NCBI RefSeq assembly: GCF_963921235.1
Contig: NC_086097.1
Coordinates: forward strand, 124,870,001-124,934,000
Reading direction: 5' to 3'
Source: Mobula hypostoma
Lineage: Eukaryota
Length of the DNA: 64,000 nucleotides
The position numbers and the translations under genes were made by a program. Under the pieces are notes generated by a model that had not been told where the DNA came from, searched no databases, and was given only the letters and a program-made list of their open reading frames with translations. Position 1 is the stretch's first letter. Each line of letters opens with the position of its first letter. Positions 37,830-49,251 of this stretch are shown here, in pieces.

Positions 37830-38380
37830 TGCGGATGAGATGGCAGCTCACCTCTTTGCAGACTGTGGGCTCGCAAGAATGGTGTGGAGAAAGATACAAG
37901 ACCCTATGTCACGGTTCACCCTGAGCAGCTGCGTGAGAGGACTCCATTCCCAGGTACGCACATGGAAACTAACATCAAGTGCTGCTGGCAGATCATCAAC
38001 TCGGTGAAAGACTCCCTCTGACTGCCCAAATCTTGGTCTGCCAGCACAGACGTGTCTATAGAGGAATGCTGCTGAGTGGCAGGAATATGTGCTGAGGGAT
38101 GTAGACATCGCAAGGACACGGTGGGGAAGGACCACTGTACAGGGTTCTTCTGCTACTGGAGAGGGAGGGACCGGGTTGGGTGATGAAGCCCCTCAATTAT
38201 CGTAGCTGCACACCACTCCAGGAGGCTGCACAAATGGCAACAATGCTATTAGTGTGTAGGGATGTTAAAAGAACAGTACTGAAAGTATTGACTATGAATG
38301 GAAAGGTATGGCATGATTTATTCTTGGAAGTAAACTGCACTCATAATAGAAAAAGTTATTTTGATAGAAATAAATACAAG
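37830..38380 (+). mobile_element. Tx1/L1-clade LINE 3' fragment
   Basis: HLFADCGLARMVW and FPGTHMETNIKCCWQIINSVKD remnants (zf-RVT-type C-terminus). Confidence 0.65.
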
Positions 38381-38736
38381 GTTAGATCTAGAAGATAGAA
38401 AGCTTGCCACCATTAACAGAAATGAAATTCAGCTGAAATGGGCAAAAAGGGATGCAGACCAATTTCCAAGGGTGGTATTTTCTAGTAACCAGGGAAACTA
38501 CAGGAACTGAGTTATGTTATAAACTACATAAAAATGGAGTCATTAATAATCCTGTGAACAAGGTAACTTGAGGCTGAGTTAATCAAGCAGCAAGGCACTA
38601 ATGACTGTGAAGCAAATCCTGGACAATGAAGTAGCAGATGCACCAACTCTAGTAAGCGTTAAGTGTCAAAATGCAAATTAACTAAACTTCCATGTTTTTG
38701 AATAGGAATTAAAAATGACTCAAGTTTAATTTCCAT

Positions 38737-39574
38737 TGTTACGTACCCCGTAACTGGGTTGCCAAACCAGCAGAAATGGATCACTCAGTTGGAGTCTGGA
38801 GTACTAGAACTAAGAAAGTTTTATTAAAGAAATAAGCAACACAGTAATCGAAAGGATAATAAATGCAACAGTTCAGCAATGATAACCACTCATGTGCACA
38901 GAATTAAGATAACAGCATCAATCAAGCTCTATCGTTGTCTAGGGGTAAATGACCAAATTTCAAAGTGACTCAAAGTTCAGTTCGCAGTAATCGTTGCCAT
39001 GGCGATGGACAACGTGGGGGAAGAGAGAGATAGAACAGGAACAACTGATCATTCAGAACGGCTTCACTCACAGACCAGCAAGATGGCTCACAAGCAGCTT
39101 TTGGGCGGGTCCTTGGTGATGTCACCTGAGGTCACCGACTGTGGCCCCTCCAGATGCGGTCGATCCTCTGCAGTGAACCCGGCACCCAAGCGAGGGCGGA
39201 CATACACCGGGTTCCCGCTGATCGTACCTTTCCACCCTGGCCGTTGTCTGGTACTTCTCACCCACTCGTGAGAGGCGCACCGCTTCCAGGGTCTCATTAC
39301 CTCGGGTGGCGTGTGTGTTGCCTTAGCGAACCTGTCCCTTTTTATCTCCCTGCTGGGGTATCGCCTGTCCATACTTCAAACAGTTCAAGGTTCAAAGGGG
39401 GGAGCCGCTTCAGACAGCTCTCTCTCCCCCGTCCCTTCATTACACATCTCCAGACGCTGCTCCATTGTTCCTTATCTCTCCTTCCCCTGAGGGCAGGTGG
39501 CAGACCACTTGCTGATGTCACTGATGCTAACCCAGGCCAGCAAACATCTTAATTTTATGTGTATTCTCGTCACA
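38737..39574 (-). repeat. 3' LTR (838 bp)
   Basis: Direct repeat of 42720-43560; adjacent to the PPT; minus-strand AATAAA near 38820-38825. Confidence 0.97.
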
Positions 39575-39586
39575 CTTCCCCCCTTT
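39575..39586 (-). promoter_or_regulatory. Polypurine tract
   Basis: Minus strand AAAGGGGGGAAG directly abutting the 3' LTR. Confidence 0.9.
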
Positions 39587-39747
39587 AAGGATTTTTACCA
39601 GGAGGTAAAAATTACAAACATGAATACATTATTTGATACACACACAAATATACATCTTTAACAGCTATTTGGCTAACACAGCGAGTTTGAAGCTGTCAAC
39701 AACTTGACAGACAGTCATCACATTTTCTGTTCCTTTTACACGTGTTA

Positions 39748-40407
39748 TTAATAATCCCTTAGACCAGGCTCCAACTCAGCAAACTTCATAGTGGCCAAAA
39801 ACACTGATGAATTGCGATCAATGTAACCTCTCATTTGGCTTTTTCCCGGACCACAATAACAAGGGTCGTCCCATTCCGACTCAGTTTTCTCTCGCAAGGG
39901 CTTAGTAGGAGGGGGATGGGTATGGACCGCAGAGTTATTGCAAAACTTCCTGCAGTACCCCACCATCTCCAAGAGCCTTCTGAGGGCCCTCTTGTCTGTC
40001 GGGGTTGGGAGGTCAGCGATAGCCTGCACTGTAGCTTGCATCGCTGCCAGCTGCCCCTGTGTCACCACAATTCCCAGGTAAGTGACCTTCGTGTGGCCGA
40101 ATTCATTTTTTTCAAGGTTCACTATCAAACTGGCTTCAGACAGCCGTATTAAATTGCCAATACACACCTCTGTGTTCATCAGCCCTTTAGTCACTGAATT
40201 ACTCATTAAATATAGATGTTGTTTACTAGGTTTACCTATTGTAACAGACATCACCCGACGTCCCAGTTCTTTGCATTTCCTCGGGACAATCAAACACACG
40301 GGCGCGAGTTGTTTAATTAAAGATTCGCTTTGTTCGGGGATTAAGGGAGAGACCTTATCAGTAGACCTGGCCAAAACAATAGCCTTCTCCCATTTGACCG
40401 ATCCCAT
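39748..40407 (-). pseudogene. Decayed reverse transcriptase remnant (palm end and thumb)
   Basis: RLSEASLIVNLEKNEFGHTKVTYLG...LPTPTDKRALRRLLEMVGYCRKF resembles the Gypsy RT thumb. The catalytic YxDD position reads CIGN. No RNase H. Confidence 0.8.
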
Positions 40408-40417
40408 CCTAATCTTT

Positions 40418-42238
40418 TCAAAATGGTTTTTTTCCTCTTATCAGGGGACCCCTAGCTTCATTGATTTCCACGCTAACACCGACTAGGTTTGTTAGCATAT
40501 CAAAAGCCGGTGACCGTCTCAGTTTGCGTCGGTCATGATCAATAACATTTTTCCCCCTGGGCAGCCGGTAAATCTCTTTCATGATTCCACCAACTGTTTC
40601 CTCCAGCACCGCAAAATGTCCACCGGGGGGTACCTCGTGGGCCATGTTAAAAACCTCATCCCCATAACTCTTTTGCACCACCCCCCATTCCTCATCTGCG
40701 GGTACTGTACTTGATTTCCCTTTCTTCTTTAGCACTTCCTCCTCCGCACAATAGCTTGTCAAGGCTGTGTCAGAGAGAGCGGTCTCTGCAAAAACCATCA
40801 GCCCCTCGTCTCGCTCCTGCGTCTGCACAAATTCTTTCCTGGCTACTGCTACGTCCGTCCCAGCTCCCTCACTACCTCTTATCTCACTACACCCTGTCTC
40901 ATACAATGTTGGCAGAAATGTTTTAGCTAAATTCACTATCGCGGGCCCGTGATGAACCTGTGAGTCCATGGGTGGGGCCTCAATGCTGGCAGGCTGACCT
41001 GTCAATCTCACGACTGGGAACACGATTCCTCCGGCTATGTCATTACCGAGCAAGACTTCCATGTCTTTCATCGGTAATTCGGACCTCACCCCGATCGTGA
41101 CTAGTCCAGAGACCAGGTTGCTCTGTAAGTGTATCTGGTGCAAAGGGACTGACTCTGTCCCTTCCCCAACACCTTTGACCTCTACCTCCCCAGTCTGGGT
41201 CTCTGAGCTAAACTCTAATACACTCTTCAGTATTAGTGACTGACACACTCCCGTGTCTCTCCAGATCCGCACTGGAACTGGTTTTAACCTCTCCTTCACT
41301 GACACCAGTCCGGCCGAGATAAACCTCTCGCGTCCTTCCTGGACTTTTTCAGACCTGTCCTTCCCTAGCGGTTCGCTTAACAGCTCGATACAGCCATTCA
41401 AAATTTCCGCTTTTCCTTTCCCCGTCTCCTTCCTTGGGGAAGAGCACCTGGACGCAAAGTGTCCGGCTTTCCCACAATTATAACAGACGACCCCAGGAGA
41501 CTTCCTACCAGACTGCTCCCGGTCTACCTTATCCTTTTCACTAGTCCCCGGCTTACTTTCTGACTTTTCCGGCGGACTCTCCCCGCCGTCCTGACGACCC
41601 TTTTGGTAGCCTTTACTCGGGGCAAACTTCATTTTATGCGTCAACGCATACTCATCCGCTAACTTAGCAGTTGCGGCTAATGTGGCTGCCTCTTTCTCAT
41701 CGAGGTAGGGTCTCATACCCTCAGGGACACAACCTTTAAACTGCTCAATCAGGATCAGTTGTAGCAGTCTGTCATAATCCCCCTCTACCCCCTTCGAGGC
41801 GCACCAACGCTCACAATATGTCTGCATCTCACGGGCAAACTCCAAATACATGCGGTCCCACTGCTTCCTCGCATTCCGGAACCTCTGCCGGTATGCCTCC
41901 GGGACCAACTCATAAATCCTGAGGATGGCCTCTTTCACCACCTCATACTTCTGGGCATCTTCCGCGGATAAAGCGGAGTAAGCTTCTTGGGCCTTCCCTT
42001 TCAGTACACTCTGAAGTAAAACAACCCACTTATCCCTCGGCCAGTCCTGACTTATAGCCACTTTTTCGAAATGGAGAAAGTACCGATCCACGTCGGTATC
42101 GTCAAATGGCGGAACCAGCCTAACCTCCTGGGTCGCCCGGAACCCTCCACCTTGGTTCGGCACGAGCCCCTGCTCGGCCCTTATCCTTAACTTTTTCAAC
42201 TCGAATTCCCTTTCCCTCTGTTTCTCCTCTCTCTCCAA
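40418..42238 (-). CDS. Gag capsid (SCAN-like) - CCHC knuckle - aspartic protease - decayed integrase N-terminus
   Basis: VPPFDDTDVDRYFLHFEKVA; LILIEQF...LADEY (SCAN-like capsid C-terminal domain); CYNCGKAGHFASRC; protease RDTG and LLGND; AHEVPPGGH resembling the integrase HH motif. Confidence 0.85.
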   Translation of the reverse strand: MEREEKQREREFELKKLRIRAEQGLVPNQGGGFRATQEVRLVPPFDDTDVDRYFLHFEKVAISQDWPRDKWVVLLQSVLKGKAQEAYSALSAEDAQKYEVVKEAILRIYELVPEAYRQRFRNARKQWDRMYLEFAREMQTYCERWCASKGVEGDYDRLLQLILIEQFKGCVPEGMRPYLDEKEAATLAATAKLADEYALTHKMKFAPSKGYQKGRQDGGESPPEKSESKPGTSEKDKVDREQSGRKSPGVVCYNCGKAGHFASRCSSPRKETGKGKAEILNGCIELLSEPLGKDRSEKVQEGRERFISAGLVSVKERLKPVPVRIWRDTGVCQSLILKSVLEFSSETQTGEVEVKGVGEGTESVPLHQIHLQSNLVSGLVTIGVRSELPMKDMEVLLGNDIAGGIVFPVVRLTGQPASIEAPPMDSQVHHGPAIVNLAKTFLPTLYETGCSEIRGSEGAGTDVAVARKEFVQTQERDEGLMVFAETALSDTALTSYCAEEEVLKKKGKSSTVPADEEWGVVQKSYGDEVFNMAHEVPPGGHFAVLEETVGGIMKEIYRLPRGKNVIDHDRRKLRRSPAFDMLTNLVGVSVEINEARGPLIRGKKPF

Positions 42239-42621
42239 CTGTCTCTCTCTCTCTCTCTCTCTTTCCTTTCCATCTCTTTCTCTTTCTCCCGCCTTTCTAA
42301 CTCTCTCTCCTGCCTTTCTAACTGCTTCTCTTCGTGTTCTAACTGCCGTACCCGGAACTCGTGCTCGAGTCTCAGTTTTTCAAGCTGTACCTGTACCGCG
42401 TCTCCAGCAGGTTTTTCAATAGACACCACCCCCAGCTCACCTTGGGGAAACACACCTTTAGATACATAGTGCTCTACAATAGCTCTGTGTATCTCCTCTC
42501 TCCTCATTGTCGACTTCACCTTAGCAAGATTCAACCGTTTGGCCACAGCTACCAATTCCGATTTCCTGGCATCCTCTAATGCCTCCAAGGTCGGCGCCTT
42601 TATAAATTCCTCAGCCTCCAT
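42196..42621 (-). CDS. Gag N-terminal part (frameshifted in an AG microsatellite)
   Basis: ATG ~77 nt after the PBS; E/R/K-rich coiled coil; overlaps the next ORF in another frame at the (AG)n run near 42242-42262. Confidence 0.75.
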   Translation of the reverse strand: MEAEEFIKAPTLEALEDARKSELVAVAKRLNLAKVKSTMRREEIHRAIVEHYVSKGVFPQGELGVVSIEKPAGDAVQVQLEKLRLEHEFRVRQLEHEEKQLERQERELERREKEKEMERKERERERDSWRERRNRGKGNSS

Positions 42622-42697
42622 TTCTGCTGTTTGTCTTTTCTTTCTTTCGGGAATTTTAACCCAATCAATTTACTCCGTCCCAAATTTAGCGTTCAAA

Positions 42698-42715
42698 ATC
42701 CCAGACGAGCCCCCA
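42698..42715 (-). promoter_or_regulatory. Primer-binding site, tRNA-Pro
   Basis: Minus strand TGGGGGCTCGTCTGGGAT, 4 nt inside the 5' LTR; 17/18 match to the canonical tRNA-Pro PBS TGGGGGCTCGTCCGGGAT. Confidence 0.92.
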
Positions 42716-42719
42716 CTTA

Positions 42720-43560
42720 TGTTACGTACCCCGTAACTGGGTTGCCAAACCAGCAGAAATGGATCACTCAGTTGGAGTCTGGAGTACTAGAACTAAGAAA
42801 GTTTTATTAAAGAAATAAGCAACACAGTAATCGAAAGGATAATAAATGCAACAGTTCAGCAATGATAACCACTCATGTGCACAGAATTAAGATAACAGCA
42901 TCAATCAAGCTCTATCGTTGACTAGGGGTAAATGACCAAATTTCAAAGTGACTCAAAGTTCAGTTCGCAGTAATCGTTGCCATGGCGATGGACAACGTGG
43001 GGGAAGAGAGAGATAGAACAGGAACAACTGATCATTCAGAACGGCTTCACTCACAGACCAGCGAGATAGCTCACAAGCAGCTTTTGGGCGGGTCCTTGGT
43101 GATGTCACCTGAGGTCACCGACTGTGACCCCTCCTCCAGATGCGGTCGATCCTCTGCAGTGAACCCGGCACCCAAGCGAGGGCGGACACACACCGGGTTC
43201 CCGCTGATCGTACCTTTCCACCCTGGCCGTTGTCTGGTACTTCTCACCCACTCGTGAGAGGCGCACCGCTTCCAGGGTCTCGTTACCTCGGGTGGCGTGT
43301 GTGTTGCCTTAGCGAACCTGTCCCTTTTTATCCCCCTGCTGGGGTATCGCCTGTCCATACTTCAAACAGTTCAAGGTTCAAAGGGGGGAGCCGCTCCAGA
43401 CAGCTCTCTCTCCCCCGTCCCTTCATTACACATCTCCAGACGCTGCTCCATTGTTCCTTATCTCTCCTTCCCCTGAGGGCAGGTGGCAGACCATTTGCTG
43501 ATGTCACTGATGCTAACCCAGGCCAGCAAACATCTTAATTTTATGTGTATTCTCGTCACA
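42720..43560 (-). repeat. 5' LTR (841 bp)
   Basis: Direct repeat of 38737-39574 with about 9 substitutions and one 3-bp indel by manual comparison; adjacent to the PBS. Confidence 0.97.
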
Positions 43561-43601
43561 CCATTAACTTAAAATAGGTGATTATATTTTAGATGCATTA
43601 G

Positions 43602-43873
43602 GTGGGCACCACAGTACTGTAACAGTTAGTGCGAGGGTGCTTTGCTGTTCAATTCCAACACTGCTTGTACATTGGGAGTTTGTACATTCTCTCTGTGAAT
43701 TGTGTAGGTTACCTCCAGGTGCTTTGGGTTTCTCCCACAGTCCGAAGACATACTAGGTTAATTGGTCATTGTAAACTGTCCTGTGATTAGGCTAGTGTTA
43801 CATAGGCAGGTTGCTGGGTGGTGTAGCTCATTGGACCCAAAGGGCTGGTTTTTTTGCTGCATTTCTAAATAAA
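43602..43873 (+). mobile_element. V-SINE/HE1-like SINE
   Basis: tRNA-like head, V-core CCTCCAGGTGCTTTGGGTTTCTCCCACAGTCCGAAGAC and a CR1-like tail. Related copies at about 1400-1710 (-), 8820-9065 (+), 30505-30800 (-) and 48815-49100 (-). Confidence 0.7.
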
Positions 43874-45593
43874 GTATCCTAAAGTGAGATCATGCAATTA
43901 GAACAAGTCCTAAATACTAGCCTCTACAAGACTTTAACTGCGGCATCAAACCTATACATCTGCTGTGTGACAAAATATCTGATCACCAATACGGATTACT
44001 CTGGAGTGTTAGGAAACTGCGCCTTGTCTTTCAGTTCAATTATGCAGTGACCCACATGAAAAGTGCAAATGTGGGACAGAAGTGGGTTGCCTACAACTTC
44101 TTCTGGAGAAAAGTGCTTTTTGTTTGTATCTGCATTCCATTCCTTGGGGTTTTCCACCCAATCATTACATGTGGGCAGAAAACTGCCTGTCGAATAGAAG
44201 CAGAAAATTTTAACCTCATTAACCAACTCACACTTGAACAAAAGGCATCTAGATGAAGTTCTGAAAAGTGAGATACAACTCAGAAGCAATACCCTTAAGA
44301 GTAAGAAGAGGTTCACATCCAAAGACATGCTGGAGTAATTGTTATAGAAATTAAGCTAAATTTAATGGAACTATTACCATTGCAAGTCTGTGTTCTTGAT
44401 AAAATCTTCTACAGAAAACTGTACGGTAGCAGACTAAACACTGGTCCCTCAATGTTGTTTAGGTCATATCTACAAAGTGCACTGCCACAAGAAAACAGTA
44501 TTGATCAAGGACCCCACCATCCAAGCCATGCTCTCCTTTCGTAGCTTCCGTAGGGAAGAAGTTTCCTGTACCCTCGGTATCACACCGCCAGGTTCAATAA
44601 CAGTTATTACTCTTCCACTATCAGGCTCCTGAACCAAGATTTTTTTAATGTCATTTCCAGTACACAAGTGTGAAGGTGAACAAAATAATTGTTACTCAGA
44701 ATCCAATGCAGCACAAAAAACAAAATAAAATAAAGAACTCTAATAAAAACACAATGTAAACACATAAGATGCTTATAAACATAGATTGATTGTATGTCCG
44801 TAAAGTGATGCTAAGCACAGGGAAGTCTGTACATAAGGTGACTTGACAGGAATTTATAAAGTATTGGTGGTGCTGGTAGGGGTTGTGGATGGGTGGGTTA
44901 GTGGTTGGAGGTGTTGATCAGTCTTGCTGCTTGGGGAAAGTAACTGATTTTGAGTCTGGTGGACCCGACGTGGATTCTACATGCCTCCTCCCTAATGGGA
45001 GTGGGACAAACATTCCACAAGTGGGATGAGTGTTCGTAGGATCCTTTGTGACGTTACTGACCTTTTTTTTGTATATGTGCCATAGATAACAGGAAGGCTG
45101 GTGCCAGTGCTGCACTGGGCAGTTTTGACTATCCCATTGTGGAGCCCTCCTGTCCACTGCAATGCAGTTTCCATATCATGCAGCAAAGCAGCATGTTAGG
45201 ATGCTCTCTACTGCGCATCTGTAGAATGATATGAGTGTATAGGTACATAGTCCAGCTCGCAGCCTGCTGAGAAGGTAGAGGTGTTGATGAGCTTTCTTGA
45301 TTGTGTCAGATGTTTTCTAGAACCTTGAGAGGTTGTATCACAGGTGCACTTCCAGGAGTTTAAAACTGCTTGCAGTTTCCACTGCCCTGTCACAAATGTA
45401 AAGAGGGCTGCAAGTTCTCCTGACATTGTCTGGCACCAAGACACAAGCTCTTTCACCTCCTCTCTGTAGCCAGCATGGATAACTTCACTCATCTCCACTG
45501 AAATGATTCTACAACCCATGGACTCACTTTCAAGGACTCTAGAACTCATTCTCAGTATTATTTGTTTACATTTACACAGTTTGTCTTCATTTG

Positions 45594-47335
45594 GACAGCT
45601 ATGTGTGGAGCCAAAAGAGACGGGGAAGATTCTGAACAATTTCTTTTCTTCTGTATTCACTAAGGAGAAGGATATTGAATTGTGCAAGATAAGGGAAACA
45701 GGTAGGGAAGTTATGAAAACTATGATGATTAAAGATGAGGAAGTACTGGAGCTTTTAAGGAATATAAAAGTGGATAAGTCTCCGGGTCCTGACAGGATAT
45801 TCCCTAGGACCTTGAGAGAAGATAGTATAGAAATAGCGGGGCTCTGACAGAAAAATTTCCAATGTCATTAGAAACAGGGATGGTGCCGGAAGATTGGCGT
45901 ATTGCTCATGTTATTCCATTGTTTAAAAAAGGTTCTAACAGTAAATCTAGAGATTATCAGTCTGTGAGTTTGACGTCAGTGGTGGGTAAATTGATGGAAA
46001 GTATTCTTAGAGATGGTATATAGAATTATCTAGATAGACAGGGTTTGATTAGGAACAGTCAACATGCACCTGTGCGTGGAAGGTCATGTTTGACAAATCT
46101 TATTGAATTTTTTTTGAAGAGGTTACTAGGAAAGTTGACAAGGGTAAAGTGGTGGATGTTGTCTATATGGACTTCAATAAGGCCTCTGACAAGGTCCCAC
46201 ACGGAAGGTTGGTTAGGAAAGTTCAATTGTTAGGTAATAATATTGAACTAATAAAATAGATTCAGCAGTGGCTGGATGGGAGACGCTGGAGAGTGGTGGT
46301 GGATAACTGTTTGTCAGATTGGAGGCTGGTGACTAGTGGTGTGCCTCAGGGATCTGTACTGGGTCCAATGTTATTTGTCATATACATTAATAATCTGGAT
46401 GAAGGGGTGGTAAATTGGATAAGTATGCAGATGATACTAAGATAGGTAGAGTTGTGGATAATGAAGTAGGTTTTCAAAGCTTGCAGAGAGATTTAGGCCA
46501 GTTAGAAGAGTGGGCTGAAAGATGGCAGATGGAGTTTAACGCTAATAAGTGTGAGGTGCTACATTTTGGTAGGACTAATCAAAATAGGACATACATGATA
46601 AATGGTAGGGCATTGAAGAATGTCGTAGAACAGAAGGATCTAGGAATAATGGTGCATAGTTCCCTGAAGGTGGAATCTCATGTGGATAGGGTGGTGAAGA
46701 AAGATTTTGGTATGCTGGCCTATATAAATCAGAGCATTGAGTATAGGAGTTGGGATGCAATGTTGAAATTGTACAAGGCATTGGTGAGGCCAAATTTGGA
46801 GTATTGTGTAGTTTTGGTCACCGAATTATAGGAAAGATATCAACAAAATAGAGAGAGTACAGAGAAGATTTACTAGAATGTTACCTGGGTTTCATCACCT
46901 AAGTTACAGAGAAAGGTTGAACAAGTTGGGTCTTTATTCTTTGGAATATAGAAGGTTGAGGGGGGACTTGATAGAGGTATTTAAAATTATGAGGGGGATA
47001 GATAGAGTTGATGTGGATAGGCTTTTTCCATGGGGGGGGGGAAATTCAAACAAGAGGACATGAGTTGAGAGTTAAAGGGCAAAAGTTTAGGGGTAACATG
47101 AGGGGGAACTTCTTTTCTCAGAGTGGTAGCTGCGTGGAACGAGCTTCCAGCAGAAGTGGTTGAGGCAGGTTTGATGTTGTCGTTTAAAGTTAAATTGGAC
47201 AGCTATATGGACAGGAAAGGAATGGAGGGTTATGGGCTGAGCGCAGGTTGGTGGGACTAGGTAAGAGTAAGAATTCAACACGGACTAGAAGGGCCGAGAT
47301 GGCCTGTTTCCGTGCTGTAATTGTTATATGGTTAT
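45594..47335 (+). mobile_element. CR1 LINE, 5'-truncated and frameshifted
   Basis: DKSPGPD, GRSCLTNLIEF and KYADD; 5-bp TSD ATTTG (45589-45593 and 47336-47340); close relative of 58000-59392. Confidence 0.95.
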
Positions 47336-49251
47336 ATTTGCACATTGGTTGTTTGTCAATTTTTGTGTAGGTTTTCATAAATTCTATTGCATTTCTGTTC
47401 TGTGTATGCCTGCAAAAAAAGTGAATCTCAGGGTAATAAATAGTGACGTATATACTTTGATAATAAATTTACTTTGAACGTTTAGGTTATGGACTGTTTC
47501 ATTTACACAGCTGTTGCAAATATTGCTGATTGCACGAACACTCACTCTGACCTTGAAGGAAACAGGTCCCTGAGAGGATTAACCTCTGATCAGTATTTTC
47601 TTTGGCAAGGTACAACTCCAACCAATGGAAAGTTTTCCTATTGATGCTCATTGGCTCCAGATTTATGAAGTAAATGGCTGTAAAGTAACTTCTAGACATT
47701 GAACAGCAGATGCACCAACAACAGTAAAGACTGAGTGTCAAAATGCAGATGATCCAATCTTCAATGCTTTTCCAGTTCAAGTTCTGGTTTCATTGTCATT
47801 CCACCACGCACATGTACAGAGCTAAATGAAACATGATTTCTCTGGGGCCAGGGTGCAAAACACAGTACAGTCACACACAGCACATGTAGTTACCATAACA
47901 CATACAGTCACAAAATCATATCAGGACATGTCCTTGTGTGGCATGACCTTAAGTTTGGTGGTGGATGGGATGTTGTCCTGGAGCTATATTTCTGCAAGAA
48001 TAAGCACACCGCAGTCATTCATCTTGCACTGGATCAGTCCCATATGAAGGCAATCCAGCTCGTCTTCCATGGAGCAAACACTAGAGAGCAACCCAGAAGG
48101 GAGAGCTGGCCTGCAAGGACAGCCCTCAAACCAGCATGGATTGCAGCTGGCCTGTCACACCTTTGGTTAGGAATTTTCATTAATATTTTAAACTCTTTTG
48201 ATTAGGGATTTAGAATGGCTCTTCAGGTTTAATTTCCTATTAAGTTTAAAATATGTTATACGTTATCCCGTTGTAGGGTCTCGGCCTGAACCATCAACTA
48301 TTTCTCTGCATGGATGCTGCCTGACATGCTGAGTTCCCCCAGCATTTTGTGTGTGTTGCTCTGGATTTCTAGCAGAATCTCGTGTTGAATAATTATTCTA
48401 ATGTGAGGTCATGCAATTAGACCAAGTCCTAAACACTGACCTTGGCAAGACTACAACTGTGCAATCAAACCAATTACACTTCTGTGTATCAGAATGCTGA
48501 TAACCAACTGGTATTGCAGTACATGTATTAGTGGTAACATATGTTACCATTAATCAACATTTTCTTTGGCAAAGTACAACTTCAACCAATGAAACGTTTT
48601 CCTATTGACGCTCATTAGCTCCAGATTTACCAAGTTCTTTGTAACTGGGCTCTATCAAGTGTCTCTGATTTATTTTGTTTTCCAAGCTATTTCTTGATAC
48701 TATAATGGTACAAATCAAACTGGCCGAACACTGCCTTCAGCAATGATGGGAATCTCAAGAAAAAACCAAGATGGATCATCTACTTTGCATTAATAACTTA
48801 ACATTGTAAAGATTAAAGATAAAGATTAGCTTTACTTGTCACACGTACATCAAAACATAGTGAAATGTTTCAATTGTGTCAAATCAAATCTGTGAGGAAT
48901 TTGCTGGGCAGCCCGCAAGTGTTGCCACGCTTCCGATGCTGACACGCGTCCACAACTTACCCGTACAACTTTAGAATGTGGGAGGAAACCTACGCAGCCA
49001 CAGGGAGAATGTACAAACTCCTTAGAGACAACAGCTAGAATTGAACCTTAGTGCTGGGAGCTGTAAAGCATTGTATTAACTGGGTCACCACTGTGCCACC
49101 TGTAGAAACTCAGGCCCATCTTGCACTCAAATGTTGTGCCCAGTTGTCGAAGACAGGAAGCTCCAATGACATCCTATTAGCGATTCAGTCCTTCACCATC
49201 TTTAATGATAGAGGCATGTAGAGGGCCATCAAGGTAGGGACTGGTGAAATA

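Larger units (their letters stand above)
38737..43560 (-). mobile_element. Gypsy (Gmr1-like) LTR retrotransposon, non-autonomous, recently inserted
   Basis: Two LTRs with TGT...ACA termini, 4-bp TSD CCAT (38733-38736 and 43561-43564), PBS, PPT, gag-protease ORFs and IN-before-RT remnants. Confidence 0.95.

Noticed and set aside
38999..39552. ORFs inside the LTRs (duplicated at 42982-43538)
   Set aside because: No domain similarity; their duplication simply reflects LTR identity.
42691..42715. tRNA-Pro gene
   Set aside because: Only the 3' end including CCA is present, adjacent to the LTR; it is a PBS.
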